This document shows positions 23,977 to 34,149 of a DNA stretch of 64,000 nucleotides, piece after piece. Source of the DNA: Candidatus Magasanikiibacteriota bacterium (GTDB lineage: Bacteria; Patescibacteriota; Patescibacteriia; Magasanikbacterales; GWA2-37-8); the NCBI GenBank assembly GCA_036744835.1, contig DAIOHD010000001.1:399860-463859 (forward strand). Direction: 5' to 3'. The notes beneath the pieces are model-generated. The model saw only the letters and a program-made list of their open reading frames with translations, did not search any database and had not been told where the DNA came from. The position numbers and the translations under genes were made by a program. Numbering within the stretch: position 1 is the first letter of the stretch; each line of letters starts with the position of its first letter.

Positions 23977-24870
23977 TTATTTTAGGTATCCATTCACAAA
24001 CGCCTTTGTATCCATCGGTTTCTTTCCCTCAATCTGTAATTCAAGTACTTCGATTGAATTTTGTCCGCATCCAATAAACAACTTTCCGTTTTCGGCAATA
24101 AATTTTCCTTGTTCAATATTTTTTTCAATAGGTTTGATATCCAAAAGTTTTACTCGCTTATCTCCCCAAAAAGTAAATATTCCTGGCCAAACATAAAGTC
24201 CGCGGAATTGATTGTAAATATCTTGTGCAGACTTTGTAAAATCTATTTTGCCGTCTTCACGATCAAACATTTTGCATAAAGTTTTTTCTTCGTGATTTTG
24301 TTCTTGCGGTTTTGTTTTTCCATCCAAATATTCTTTTATGGTTTTATTCAGAAGTTTACAAGCCGGTAGTAACATTTTTTCACTTAGAGTCAAATAATTA
24401 TCGTCATATGCAATGGTGATTTTTTCTTGCGCTAAAATAGGTCCATGATCCATTTTACTATCCATAAGCATAATAGTTGTGCCAGTTTCTTTTTCGCCGT
24501 TTAAAATTGCGGATTGAATAGGGGAGGCACCGCGGTATTTGGGAAGTAGGGAAGTATGAATATTGATACTTCTATGTTTAGCTGAATCTAACACTATTTG
24601 CGGGATGATAAGTCCGTATTGGCAAACAATATTTAAATCCGCATCCAAATTTGGCATTTCATAGTTTTTTAAACTCTCTGGTTGGAAAATAGGAATATTT
24701 TTTTCTTTTGCCAATATTTTCACCGGAGACATTTGTATTTCTTGTTTCCTACCTGTGGGTTTATCTGGCTGGGTAAATACGGCGATAACTTCAAAATCGG
24801 AATCATTTATTAGTGATTCCAAAACTCCTCTGCCAAATTTTTCCGTTCCAAAAAATACAATTTTTATCAT
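23977..24870 (-). CDS. fmt: methionyl-tRNA formyltransferase
   Basis: MIKIVFFGTEKFG...HTSLLPKYRGASPIQSAILNGEKETGTTIM. Confidence 0.9.
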   Translation of the reverse strand: MIKIVFFGTEKFGRGVLESLINDSDFEVIAVFTQPDKPTGRKQEIQMSPVKILAKEKNIPIFQPESLKNYEMPNLDADLNIVCQYGLIIPQIVLDSAKHRSINIHTSLLPKYRGASPIQSAILNGEKETGTTIMLMDSKMDHGPILAQEKITIAYDDNYLTLSEKMLLPACKLLNKTIKEYLDGKTKPQEQNHEEKTLCKMFDREDGKIDFTKSAQDIYNQFRGLYVWPGIFTFWGDKRVKLLDIKPIEKNIEQGKFIAENGKLFIGCGQNSIEVLELQIEGKKPMDTKAFVNGYLK

Positions 24871-25400
24871 AAGGTTTTTTCCGCATGTCTTATTTTTTTT
24901 GTTTTGTCTATAAAGAGAATTCCGTTAAGATGATCTACCTCGTGTTGAATAACGCGAGCAGGGAAGTCTTCTGCTTCAAAACAAATCGTACTACCATGTT
25001 CATCCAGTGCTTTAACTTTAATTTTTTTATAACGTTTTACCCAACCATAAACTCCGGGCACGGACAAACAACCCTCTTCATCAAGGGTTTTGATTATGCT
25101 TTTTTTCTCCCAGACCGGATTTATTAAAACTAAATCTTTTTCTTTTGTTGGAGTAAAGTCTTTGGCGATAAGACAAACCATGAGAGATTCTCCGACTTGT
25201 GGAGCGGCGATACCGACACCATCACGGATGTACATGGTTTCTGTTAAGTCTTTGATAAATTTTTTGAATTTTTTTGAATCAATATCTTCTTTGGTAAGTT
25301 GTTTGGCAACTTTACGCAAAATAGGATTTGGTTCAGAAAATATTTCTAATAACATATTATTTAAAATATTTTTTAGCACATTCCAGCAATCCGGAAACAA
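24867..25400 (-). CDS. def: peptide deformylase
   Basis: GVGIAAPQVG, EGCLSVPG and HEVDHLNG motifs. The start is probably an internal Met (MLLEIFSEP...). Confidence 0.9.
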   Translation of the reverse strand: MFPDCWNVLKNILNNMLLEIFSEPNPILRKVAKQLTKEDIDSKKFKKFIKDLTETMYIRDGVGIAAPQVGESLMVCLIAKDFTPTKEKDLVLINPVWEKKSIIKTLDEEGCLSVPGVYGWVKRYKKIKVKALDEHGSTICFEAEDFPARVIQHEVDHLNGILFIDKTKKIRHAEKTL

Positions 25401-25815
25401 AGAATTTTTCTAAATTACTTTTTATTTCATCATAAGGCATCCAAACGTAATCCACATGTTCATTGCTGATTTTTATATCACCACTGATAATACTAGCTTC
25501 GAATAATAAATAAAAGTAACGGACATCTTTATTTAATCTATGTGAAAAATCTTCATGTCTGCCGTAACCAACCGGATTGTCGTTTAATAATTGATATTTT
25601 AGTTCATTACCAACTTCTTCTTCAACTTCACGTTGAAGAATTTTTGGTAAATCTGTTTTAAACTCTTCTTCATCAATACGTCCACCGGGAAAATCGTAAT
25701 AACCATTATAAGCGCTAGTATTATTGCCCCCTACTTTTAATAATAAAATTTCATTGTTTTTATTTTTAATAAGTAGTTTTAATGATATTTGGTAATAATC
25801 ATGAGTTTTTGGCAT
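25357..25815 (-). CDS. Nudix hydrolase
   Basis: GGRIDEEE...REVEEEVG is a Nudix box with an extended loop. Confidence 0.75.
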   Translation of the reverse strand: MPKTHDYYQISLKLLIKNKNNEILLLKVGGNNTSAYNGYYDFPGGRIDEEEFKTDLPKILQREVEEEVGNELKYQLLNDNPVGYGRHEDFSHRLNKDVRYFYLLFEASIISGDIKISNEHVDYVWMPYDEIKSNLEKFFVSGLLECAKKYFK

Positions 25816-25819
25816 ATTT

Positions 25820-27691
25820 TTAAAGTGATAACAATGTATTCGGGTTTGGATCCACCTTCCAATTTTTGGGAATAAGTTTGTTTATTTCTTTAACTACCTG
25901 GCGATAGTTATTATATTCCAAACGAACTAGCAGAATATAGCGATATTGTCCTTTTTGTAAAAAGGGGATTGCTTGATGCGGACCGCTTATATTAGCGCTT
26001 TTTTGACTATTTGTCAAGTTCTCCAGTTTACTTTTGAGTTCCAAAGCTTCTTTTATTGCTAAATTAGCATTAGTTTTTAAAATCGATAATTTCAGCCAAA
26101 AATTAAAAGGAGGATATTTAAAAATACGTCTTTCTTGAAGTTGTTTTTTATAAAATTCAATAGGATTGTTTAAAGAAGAAAAAAGATAATGATCTAAATA
26201 AGATCCTTGTAAGATTATCTTTGTTTTTAAATCACTTCTATAAAAAGAGTCGCGTATTTTTTGCCAAAGATGTTCGATATTTTTGTATTCTGCTGAAACA
26301 AGAGCTGAATCAGTATTGAGAAAACTCATTAATTTTATTTGTGACCAAGGAATAAGGTTCCAAGCCATTTCTGTACCTACATAAATTGTGCCTGGTTTAT
26401 GTTCAAAAGAGGCATCTTTTTCGTTTTCTGAATCGAAGCGTATGATTTGAAAGTGTTTTAATTCCGGTTCTTTGCGAAGTTCTTTTTCCACGCTTTCCGT
26501 TCCGGGATTACGCATTTTCAAATTGAAACTTTGACAGTTCGGGCAAGATCCAAAAAGAGGTTGAACGATTTCGCAAAAATTACAACGCATCTCTTTTTTT
26601 GTACCAAAATAAGATAAAGGTCGACCGCATTTTTGACAAAGAAGGGGTTTTTTACAATCACCGCAAAAAAGATATCCGGCGCTCCCTTTTTTGTTTAGAA
26701 AAAGAAAAGCGGATTCATTTCTCGCTAAATTTTTTAAATCTTGTAAAAGTTCAAAGCTTATCGGTGAAAAATTTTTGGCTCTTTTTTCTAAATTCAAGTC
26801 TATTAGTTTTATTGAATTTTTTAAAATTGATAGTTCTCCGAAAGAATCGTATTTTTTTTCTTGAGCAAAATAAAAAGAAGAAACTGATGGAGTATGGGAT
26901 GTCAAAAAAACTTTACAACCTGTAAATTTTGAAAGTAATAAAGCGGCGTCGCGAGTATGGTATCGAGGAGCCATATCCCATGATTTATAATTTTCATTAC
27001 CTTCATCAAAAATAAAAATATTTTTTAAATTTGTCCAAGGTAAAAAAAGAGCTCGGCGTGTACCGACTACTACCACATCGTCATTTTTGCGTATTTTTTG
27101 CCAAAGAACTCCGCTATTTTTATCGGTTGTGTCGCTGCTGAGAATTTCTAAAGGAAAATCTTTTTTTAAAAATAATGAAATATTTTCAATATCCGATTTT
27201 TCCGGAACCAAAATAAATTGCTGGCCGGAATAAGATAAATTTTTAATTAAAAAATTCGTTATATCTTGTTTATTTTGAAAAATAATTGTTTCCGGTTTTT
27301 TTATTTCTTTAAAATTTTTTATTTCTGAAAAATTTCTAGCGGTTAGACTGGTAAAAAATTTTTTGGTAAATTTAGGAAAACTGAATTTATAAATAAACCC
27401 CAAATCAGTGGCATAAAATTCGGAAATTTCTTTAAAAAAATTTAAAATATCTGATGGCAAAAAAGATGCTGAGAAACAAATTTTATTTAAAACGCGCAGT
27501 TTTGTTTGCGCGTTCAAACGATTTCTGTTTTGGTCTAGAGAATAAACCAGACCATACTCATTTCCGTTACGAAATGGTACTTCTACCAATTGTCCGATTT
27601 GAATTTGTTTTTTTAAATTTTCCGGTACCAGATAATCAAAGTAGGCGATATTAGGAGGCATTCTTTTGAAAAGGATAATTTGAGCCAACAT
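25820..27691 (-). CDS. priA: primosomal protein N' (PriA)-like, with degenerate Walker A and DEAH motifs
   Basis: N-terminal 3'-DNA-binding region (YFDYLVPENL...VEVPFRNG..YGLV), VVVVGTRRALFLPWTNLKNIFIFDEGNENYKSWDMAPRYHTRDAAL (PriA motif II region with DEGN in place of DEEH), and a Cys4 zinc ribbon CGDCKKPLLCQKCGRPL...CNFC...CPNC. No GSGKT P-loop. Confidence 0.7.
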   Translation of the reverse strand: MLAQIILFKRMPPNIAYFDYLVPENLKKQIQIGQLVEVPFRNGNEYGLVYSLDQNRNRLNAQTKLRVLNKICFSASFLPSDILNFFKEISEFYATDLGFIYKFSFPKFTKKFFTSLTARNFSEIKNFKEIKKPETIIFQNKQDITNFLIKNLSYSGQQFILVPEKSDIENISLFLKKDFPLEILSSDTTDKNSGVLWQKIRKNDDVVVVGTRRALFLPWTNLKNIFIFDEGNENYKSWDMAPRYHTRDAALLLSKFTGCKVFLTSHTPSVSSFYFAQEKKYDSFGELSILKNSIKLIDLNLEKRAKNFSPISFELLQDLKNLARNESAFLFLNKKGSAGYLFCGDCKKPLLCQKCGRPLSYFGTKKEMRCNFCEIVQPLFGSCPNCQSFNLKMRNPGTESVEKELRKEPELKHFQIIRFDSENEKDASFEHKPGTIYVGTEMAWNLIPWSQIKLMSFLNTDSALVSAEYKNIEHLWQKIRDSFYRSDLKTKIILQGSYLDHYLFSSLNNPIEFYKKQLQERRIFKYPPFNFWLKLSILKTNANLAIKEALELKSKLENLTNSQKSANISGPHQAIPFLQKGQYRYILLVRLEYNNYRQVVKEINKLIPKNWKVDPNPNTLLSL

Positions 27692-27694
27692 ATT

Positions 27695-28486
27695 TTAAAA
27701 TTCGTAATAGGAGGTTAAATAACCGACACCGAAAGGATTTTCGTAATTTAATTGTTTATAAGAACAGTTGATACCTTGTAAAATACCCAGTAGTATCAAG
27801 AGAGATCGAAAACCGCATTCAGCGGCGGAATTTATAAAATCAGGAGTAAATTGCAACATCCCGGAAACATTTTGCCGAGAAAGCATATCTTGAATTTTAA
27901 TATCAAAAATTTTTCCATTTGGCGAAAAACCGGCTGGGGATTCGGAAGTTAGAGCGTGAGAAAGGTCTCCCGAGGCTATAACGGCAATACGTTTATTACT
28001 ATTTAAAATAACCTCTTGTAAAACGTTTCCGAATTCTACATGTTGTTTAGGGCTTAAATCACAAAAACCAATTTGAAGAACAGAAATATTTTTCAAATGT
28101 GAAGCGAGAAAAAACAAAGGCACACCACTGCCATGATCCAAATTTTTTTCTCCAATAGTGGCAAGTGGTAAATTTTGCTCAAAAACAGCTCTGCGAATTT
28201 TGTAAGCTAACATACCATCTCCTTTGAATTTTAATTTGGTGGAAATATCTCCAAATTCAGTAAAATCAGTTTCGTACTCAGGACAAACGTTCACGGTAAA
28301 AGCATCGGAAAAATAACTCCCATGAGGAGAGATAACAATGATAACATCTGGATGAGAGGTATATAAAACTTTTTCCATTTGCAAAAAAGCTTTTTTTGTT
28401 TTTTCAATTTTTTTAATTTCTTCTTTACCAATCGTAGGAATCAGTAAAGGAGGGTGCGGTGTAATACCGGCAAAAACTAAAGACAT
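27695..28486 (-). CDS. class III extradiol dioxygenase family protein (LigB/Memo-like fold)
   Basis: GITPHPPLLIP, SPHGSYF, NLDHGSGVPL and ASGDLSHAL correspond to the LigB-subunit motifs. Confidence 0.7.
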   Translation of the reverse strand: MSLVFAGITPHPPLLIPTIGKEEIKKIEKTKKAFLQMEKVLYTSHPDVIIVISPHGSYFSDAFTVNVCPEYETDFTEFGDISTKLKFKGDGMLAYKIRRAVFEQNLPLATIGEKNLDHGSGVPLFFLASHLKNISVLQIGFCDLSPKQHVEFGNVLQEVILNSNKRIAVIASGDLSHALTSESPAGFSPNGKIFDIKIQDMLSRQNVSGMLQFTPDFINSAAECGFRSLLILLGILQGINCSYKQLNYENPFGVGYLTSYYEF

Positions 28487-28491
28487 ATTTT

Positions 28492-30873
28492 TTAAGGTTT
28501 TTGATTGGCTAAAGTGGCAAATTTTTCAGTTACGGTCCATTGAGTAAGTTTGTCCGGTTCAACAAAGCGATTTTTTGAATCGGTGTTTCCTAAAGTAACT
28601 ACGATGTATTGTTTTTTTTCTATTGTTTTGAGGTAAGCTTCCAGAGCTTGTTTGGTAACAGTGCCATAATAATTAGTATTGGCGGGGTGTTTAAAAAATC
28701 CTTTCTTTCGAAGCATTATTTGTAGCTCTTTTACCTTGGAGTTAGTTGAGCCGTATTTAAGAGTTTCGGCTAAAGATAATATAGGATCATTACTTTTACC
28801 CTCTACCAACATAACTAAAGTTGCACCGGCTTCATTGGTAAATCCGGTTTTGCTGGCCAAAATCGTGTAATATTTATTGGCAGAAGTTAGAAGTTTGTTG
28901 GTATTAATTATATTCAAACTTTGTGAAGTTTTTCCATTAATTTTGGTAAACTTATAAGTTTTTAAATTTAGAGCGTTTTTAATTTCAGATTTAGTTAAAA
29001 TTTTGGTAAATATTTTTAACAAATCGCGTGGTGTTGAAACATTTTTTTCGCTTAGACCAGAAGTGTCAGTAATTAGCGTATTGTCAGCGCCCCAATTTTG
29101 TAAACGAAGATTAATATTATTGATAAATTCATTTTCATTTACACCGCTATTTTGAGCGATAAGTCTGGAAGCGTTATTGGCCGAACCAATTAACATTCCG
29201 TATAATAAATCTTTATTTTTAATTTTATCGCCATCTTTTAAATTTAGCGGATTTCCTTCGGCATTTTGATTTTTACTATTAAATACGGAAATTTTATTTA
29301 AATCAAAATCCGTAGAAATCGCTTCAAAGGCGGTAAGGAGCTTGGTTAAAGAAGCTATAGGACGTGAAGTGTCAATATCTTTGCCAGAAATAATTCTTCC
29401 ACTTGGATATTCAGCGACGATATAAGCCGGGATACTTGTTTTAAAGAGATCCTCAACTGGGGCTTCGCTATCTCCCAAATAAATATCTTTGGTTGAAACC
29501 AAGCTGTTGTTTACATAAAGCGAAGTTCCTTCGGCCATTGCCAAAAGAGTCGATAATTCTACTGGAATAACATTTTTAAAATTATAACCCATGGCGGCAA
29601 AAGTTTCTTCATCGCTAATACGTCTTTTTTTACCTTTATCTATTACATAAAAAATATTTCGGTCTTTAATTCGCAATAAAGTACCATCGGCAAAAGTGAT
29701 TAATTTATCGGAAATCGGATAAGAAGCAATATCTTTTTTCTTCAAATTTTCAATTTCAAGTCCGGGAAAATTGGCTTTAGCCACTTCGCTTGAAAGCAAA
29801 GGATAGAGAACTTCGTCCTTTAACAAATAGTGTGCATTTTTTGCATCAATAATTTTATAGATAACACCTTGTGGTTTAGTAGTAGAAACGGTAATAAGCG
29901 GTCCTATTTCATACGAACCCAAATCTATTTCTTTGGCCTCGACTATTTCTTGCGGGTTATATCCTAATTTTCGCACAACGGCTTCATTTTCAAAAGGTCT
30001 TTTTATATCATAATCTAAAAGATAATAACGATTTTCAGTTTTGATAATGGAATAATTCGGAAAGTTTATTGAAGTACCGTTAGAATAATTTAATAAATCA
30101 GCATCAGATACTGTTACCGCTAAGTTTGGATCAGCACGAGATAGTAATACATTTTTACTTTCAAATAAACGTTTTTTACCATCAACTATCAGATAATATT
30201 GCAAAGTGGAAGCATTTTGCAGAATAGTTCCGTTTGGATAATAACCAACAAACCAATTATTCCAGATTCGCCAAAAATTTTTATTACCTTGCAGGTGAGG
30301 AGTATAAGTATAAAGAAAAGCCGTGGCCCAACTTTGAGGAACAATTTGTTGATTATTAATAAATACCGGAGAGTTTATTTTTTTAACCACCCCGTGACTG
30401 GTATTGTTGTAATACCAACGAATAATCCCAGCCGCATTGTCTACTTGTTTAGCAAAACCTTTGTACTTTTGAATTTTCGGATCGTTCATACTGCAAGAAT
30501 CACAAACCGCATAACCCATCGCCCAGTCCAATTTTTTTTGAGTTGGATTATTATCGGTTATCAAGCTTTGTTCTTTTTGTAAATTAACTAAAAGAAATTT
30601 CGGATTTATCGTATAACGTTGAGCGGCGTCATAAATAATTTGAGCAGCGGATTTATATTTACTATCAACATCAGTTTCAAAGTAACGAGCCAAATAACTA
30701 TTTTTACTTTCTAAAAATTTTTGTATTTCACTTATACCCATCGCTGAACACATTTGCATTTCTTCATCGGTAATAATGAGATTGGGGTTAAATTCTGCTT
30801 GGGTAAGCAAAACATTCGGATTAAAAAAACCAAATAAATAGATAAAAATAAGGATAATTTTAAAATATCTCAT
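28492..30873 (-). CDS. secreted D-alanyl-D-alanine carboxypeptidase-domain protein (S11/PBP5-like) with C-terminal peptidoglycan-binding domain and large N-terminal unknown region
   Basis: Signal peptide. SxxK (ASLTKL), SxN (SANN) and KTG (KTGFT), then a PG_binding_1-like VKELQIMLRKKGFF...YGTVTKQALEAYL. Confidence 0.7.
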   Translation of the reverse strand: MRYFKIILIFIYLFGFFNPNVLLTQAEFNPNLIITDEEMQMCSAMGISEIQKFLESKNSYLARYFETDVDSKYKSAAQIIYDAAQRYTINPKFLLVNLQKEQSLITDNNPTQKKLDWAMGYAVCDSCSMNDPKIQKYKGFAKQVDNAAGIIRWYYNNTSHGVVKKINSPVFINNQQIVPQSWATAFLYTYTPHLQGNKNFWRIWNNWFVGYYPNGTILQNASTLQYYLIVDGKKRLFESKNVLLSRADPNLAVTVSDADLLNYSNGTSINFPNYSIIKTENRYYLLDYDIKRPFENEAVVRKLGYNPQEIVEAKEIDLGSYEIGPLITVSTTKPQGVIYKIIDAKNAHYLLKDEVLYPLLSSEVAKANFPGLEIENLKKKDIASYPISDKLITFADGTLLRIKDRNIFYVIDKGKKRRISDEETFAAMGYNFKNVIPVELSTLLAMAEGTSLYVNNSLVSTKDIYLGDSEAPVEDLFKTSIPAYIVAEYPSGRIISGKDIDTSRPIASLTKLLTAFEAISTDFDLNKISVFNSKNQNAEGNPLNLKDGDKIKNKDLLYGMLIGSANNASRLIAQNSGVNENEFINNINLRLQNWGADNTLITDTSGLSEKNVSTPRDLLKIFTKILTKSEIKNALNLKTYKFTKINGKTSQSLNIINTNKLLTSANKYYTILASKTGFTNEAGATLVMLVEGKSNDPILSLAETLKYGSTNSKVKELQIMLRKKGFFKHPANTNYYGTVTKQALEAYLKTIEKKQYIVVTLGNTDSKNRFVEPDKLTQWTVTEKFATLANQKP

Positions 30874-30960
30874 AAAGAAAAAATCTGAGTTTATTACTTT
30901 TATATTTTAACATTTTTTAGAATATAAAACAACCCTCTTTTTTGAGGGTTGTTTGTTTAA

Positions 30961-33594
30961 TTATTTAATTACAATTTCGTTTTTGTTAAGCGATATTTTA
31001 ACTTTTTGATTCTCTTTTATTTTTCCTTCAATTATCAAGAAGGATATTTTATCCAATAATTCGTTTTGAATAACTCTTTTTAACGGTCTGGCACCATAGG
31101 AAATATCGTAACCTAAACGAGCCAAATGTTTTTTAACTTTTATATCAACATTTAATTGAATTTTCTTTTCTAACAACCTTTTTTCTATAGACTCCAGTTG
31201 TAAATCGACTATTTTTTCTATTGCTTGTTCACCCAAAGAATGAAAAATAATGGTCTCATCTATACGATTAAGGAATTCTGGTTTAAAATGATCACGCAAA
31301 GATTCGATAATTTTTTCTTTGATTTTTTCTTCATTTTTATTTTTTTCTTTTTTACCATCAGCAAAACCAAATTCACCACTGTTACGTAAGTTTAATATTG
31401 CCTCACTACCTAGATTGCTGGTCATAATAATTACGGTATTTTTAAAATTAACCGTTCTGCCTTTAGCATCGGTAACACGACCATCGTCCAAAATTTGTAA
31501 CATAATATTAAAAACATCAGGATGAGCCTTTTCGATTTCGTCAAATAAAATAACGCTGTATGGTCGACGACGAACGATTTCTGTTAATTGCCCTCCTTCG
31601 TCATAGCCTATATAACCGGGAGGAGAACCAATAATTTTACTAACACTGTGTTTTTCCATATATTCACTCATATCTATTCTAACTAAAGATTCAGAAGTAT
31701 CAAACATAAATTCTGCCAAAGTTTTGGCTAACTCGGTTTTCCCCACACCTGTTGGTCCTAAAAATATAAAAGATCCAATAGGACGATTTGGTTCAGAAAT
31801 ACCCGCACGTGAACGTCTTATAGCTCGCGCCACTGCGGATACCGCCTCTTTTTGACCGATAATATGTTTATTTAATTCTTCTTCCATATGAGCGAGTTTT
31901 TCAGTATCGTTTTGCAACATTTTAGTAACTGGTATTCCTGTCCAGCGCGCCACTACTGTAGCAATATCATTTTCAGTAATTTCTTCTTTTAAAATTCCAC
32001 GATTTTTTTGCAATTCGCGCATTTTATTTTCTACTATTTTTATTTCTTTTTCCAATTCCGGAATTTTTCCGTAACGCAATTCAGCAACTTTTTGTAAATC
32101 GCCTTGTCTTTCCTGAATTTCCGCCTGTTGTTTAGTTTTGTCTATTTCTTTTTTCAAGTTATGAATTTTTTCTATTATTTCTTTTTCGTTTTTCCATTTA
32201 GCTTCCAGTTCAGTGGCTTTTTCTTTATTTTCCGCCAAATCTTTTTCCAATTCAGATATTTTTTGTTTAACATCTTCCGATTTTTCATTATTTAAAGCTC
32301 TTTTTTCAATTTCTAATTTCATAATATATCTTTTCAATTTATCAAGTTCTTCAGGCATAGATTCTACTTCCAAACGCAATGCGGAAGCGGCTTCGTCTAT
32401 CAAATCTATGGCTTTATCCGGTAAAAATCTGTCAGTTATATATCTTTCTGATAGTTTAACTGCAGAAACAATGGCTGAATCAGTAATTCTAACCCCGTGA
32501 TGAACTTCGTATTTTTCTTTAATTCCGCGTAAAATGGAAATAGCATCGTCTTCGTTTGGTTCTGCGACTAAAACCGGTTGAAAACGTCGTTCCAAAGCCG
32601 CATCTTTTTCAATATATTTCTGATATTCTTTGAGGGTAGTAGCACCGATTGCTCGCAATTCACCACGAGCAAGCATAGGTTTGAGCATGTTAGCCGCATC
32701 AATTGATCCTTCAGATGCTCCAGCTCCAACGATAGTATGTAATTCGTCGATAAATAAAATAATTTTTCCAGCCGCAGCATCAACTTCTTTGAGCACTGCT
32801 TTGAGACGATCTTCAAATTCACCTCTAAACTTTGAACCAGCAACAAGAGAGGAAATATCTAGCGTTATCAATTCTTTGTTTTTGAGAGATTCGGGAACAT
32901 CGTTGTTTACAATACGTTGCGCCAAACCTTCAGCAATGGCGGTTTTACCCGTTCCGGGTTCACCGATAAGCACCGGATTGTTTTTGGTTTTACGAGTGAG
33001 TATTTGCATCACGCGACGAATTTCTTCGTCTCGTCCGATGACCGGATCTATTTTTTCTTTACGTGCCAATTCCGTTAAATTTTTTCCGTATTTTTTTAAA
33101 GCATCGTATTTACTTTCCGGTTCCGGAGAATCTACTTTTTGGTGTCCGCGAATAGAAGCTAGTACTTTCAGTACTTCGTCATAGTTTATTTTGAAAACAT
33201 TTAAAATTTCACTGATTGGATTTTTTCCGGAAAGCAGAGAAAGAAAAAGATGCTCTACACTGATATAATCATCACCCATTTTTTTGGCAATTTCTCCAGA
33301 ATTTTGCATAACAAAAACAGTGGCTGGAGAAAGCATGAGTTGCCCATTTTGAAGCAGGGGAGAAGCACCTGGATTTTTCGGTAATCCATTTACCATTTTT
33401 TCTATTTCAGTATGAATTTGGTTTAAAGAAACATTTAATTTGCGTAAAACTGAACTTACCACACCCTCTTCATCTTGCAACATGGCAAGCATTAAATGAG
33501 GCGGGTCTACCTGTCTTTGACCGTTTTGAGTGGCAAGTTGTGCAGAAAGTTGAATAATCTCCTGTGATTTATTAGTAAAATTATTTGGAAACAT
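30961..33594 (-). CDS. clpB: ATP-dependent chaperone ClpB
   Basis: Clp-N repeats, NBD1 [15 protein letters not shown], a long coiled-coil M-domain, NBD2 [12 protein letters not shown]. 877 aa. Confidence 0.95.
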   Translation of the reverse strand: MFPNNFTNKSQEIIQLSAQLATQNGQRQVDPPHLMLAMLQDEEGVVSSVLRKLNVSLNQIHTEIEKMVNGLPKNPGASPLLQNGQLMLSPATVFVMQNSGEIAKKMGDDYISVEHLFLSLLSGKNPISEILNVFKINYDEVLKVLASIRGHQKVDSPEPESKYDALKKYGKNLTELARKEKIDPVIGRDEEIRRVMQILTRKTKNNPVLIGEPGTGKTAIAEGLAQRIVNNDVPESLKNKELITLDISSLVAGSKFRGEFEDRLKAVLKEVDAAAGKIILFIDELHTIVGAGASEGSIDAANMLKPMLARGELRAIGATTLKEYQKYIEKDAALERRFQPVLVAEPNEDDAISILRGIKEKYEVHHGVRITDSAIVSAVKLSERYITDRFLPDKAIDLIDEAASALRLEVESMPEELDKLKRYIMKLEIEKRALNNEKSEDVKQKISELEKDLAENKEKATELEAKWKNEKEIIEKIHNLKKEIDKTKQQAEIQERQGDLQKVAELRYGKIPELEKEIKIVENKMRELQKNRGILKEEITENDIATVVARWTGIPVTKMLQNDTEKLAHMEEELNKHIIGQKEAVSAVARAIRRSRAGISEPNRPIGSFIFLGPTGVGKTELAKTLAEFMFDTSESLVRIDMSEYMEKHSVSKIIGSPPGYIGYDEGGQLTEIVRRRPYSVILFDEIEKAHPDVFNIMLQILDDGRVTDAKGRTVNFKNTVIIMTSNLGSEAILNLRNSGEFGFADGKKEKNKNEEKIKEKIIESLRDHFKPEFLNRIDETIIFHSLGEQAIEKIVDLQLESIEKRLLEKKIQLNVDIKVKKHLARLGYDISYGARPLKRVIQNELLDKISFLIIEGKIKENQKVKISLNKNEIVIK

Positions 33595-33674
33595 ATAATA
33601 TTAAAAGATTATAAAATTACAAGATTATAAGATTTTTGGTTTACTACATGAAACACTGGGCATTCTTTATGTGA

Positions 33675-33701
33675 TTATCACTCCATGACGGAGAGTGATA
33701 A
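33675..33701. promoter_or_regulatory. CIRCE-like HrcA operator TTATCACTC-N9-GAGTGATAA immediately downstream of a clpB -10 element
   Basis: Consensus CIRCE is TTAGCACTC-N9-GAGTGCTAA, so this differs by one symmetric G/T and C/A substitution with exact 9-nt spacing. On the minus strand TTGACA (33725-33730) with a 16-nt spacer and TACAAT (33703-33708) precede it. Confidence 0.7.
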
Positions 33702-33743
33702 TATTGTAACACGAGATAAAAATTTGTCAAATAGGTGTGGTTA

Positions 33744-33772
33744 TTGACAAAATTATATATAACCAGTATATT
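33744..33772 (+). promoter_or_regulatory. sigma-70 promoter TTGACA-17-TATATT for the 33809 gene (divergent from clpB promoter)
   Basis: TTGACA at 33744-33749, a 17-nt spacer, and TATATT at 33767-33772. Confidence 0.6.
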
Positions 33773-33808
33773 AATTAGTCGTTCATTAATTGTTTTGGGG
33801 AGTAAATC

Positions 33809-34087
33809 ATGAAAGACAAGATTTTTACCGCTGAACAGGCGCTTTTGGAGTATAAAAAAGATATCGCCAAGAGAGCGATAAAAAGAGCTTTGACTTTCTA
33901 TCTTTGCTCCATGCTATTATCAGTCACTATTGGCTATGTTTATGGCCAGGAAGCCAAAAATTGCTCCGATGGTTGGTTGGTTGGCGGAATCTTTGTCTTT
34001 ATATTCTCTGTTTTTACTTTGCTTGCTTATTATAAAGACAGGGAAAATCTGGAGCGTGAATACGGATTACATAAAGATGGGGCTTAA
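33809..34087 (+). CDS. hypothetical small membrane protein
   Basis: 92 aa with two hydrophobic helices. SD GGGGAG upstream. Confidence 0.4.
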   Translation: MKDKIFTAEQALLEYKKDIAKRAIKRALTFYLCSMLLSVTIGYVYGQEAKNCSDGWLVGGIFVFIFSVFTLLAYYKDRENLEREYGLHKDGA

Positions 34088-34101
34088 CAAGCCCCTTTTT
34101 T
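34079..34101 (+). terminator. intrinsic terminator (GGGGC-TTAACAA-GCCCC + T6) overlapping the stop codon
   Basis: 5-bp GC stem and a U-tract. Confidence 0.8.
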
Positions 34102-34149
34102 GTTTGAATTTTTTCGATAAATAAGGTAAAATATACCGGTTAACGTATT

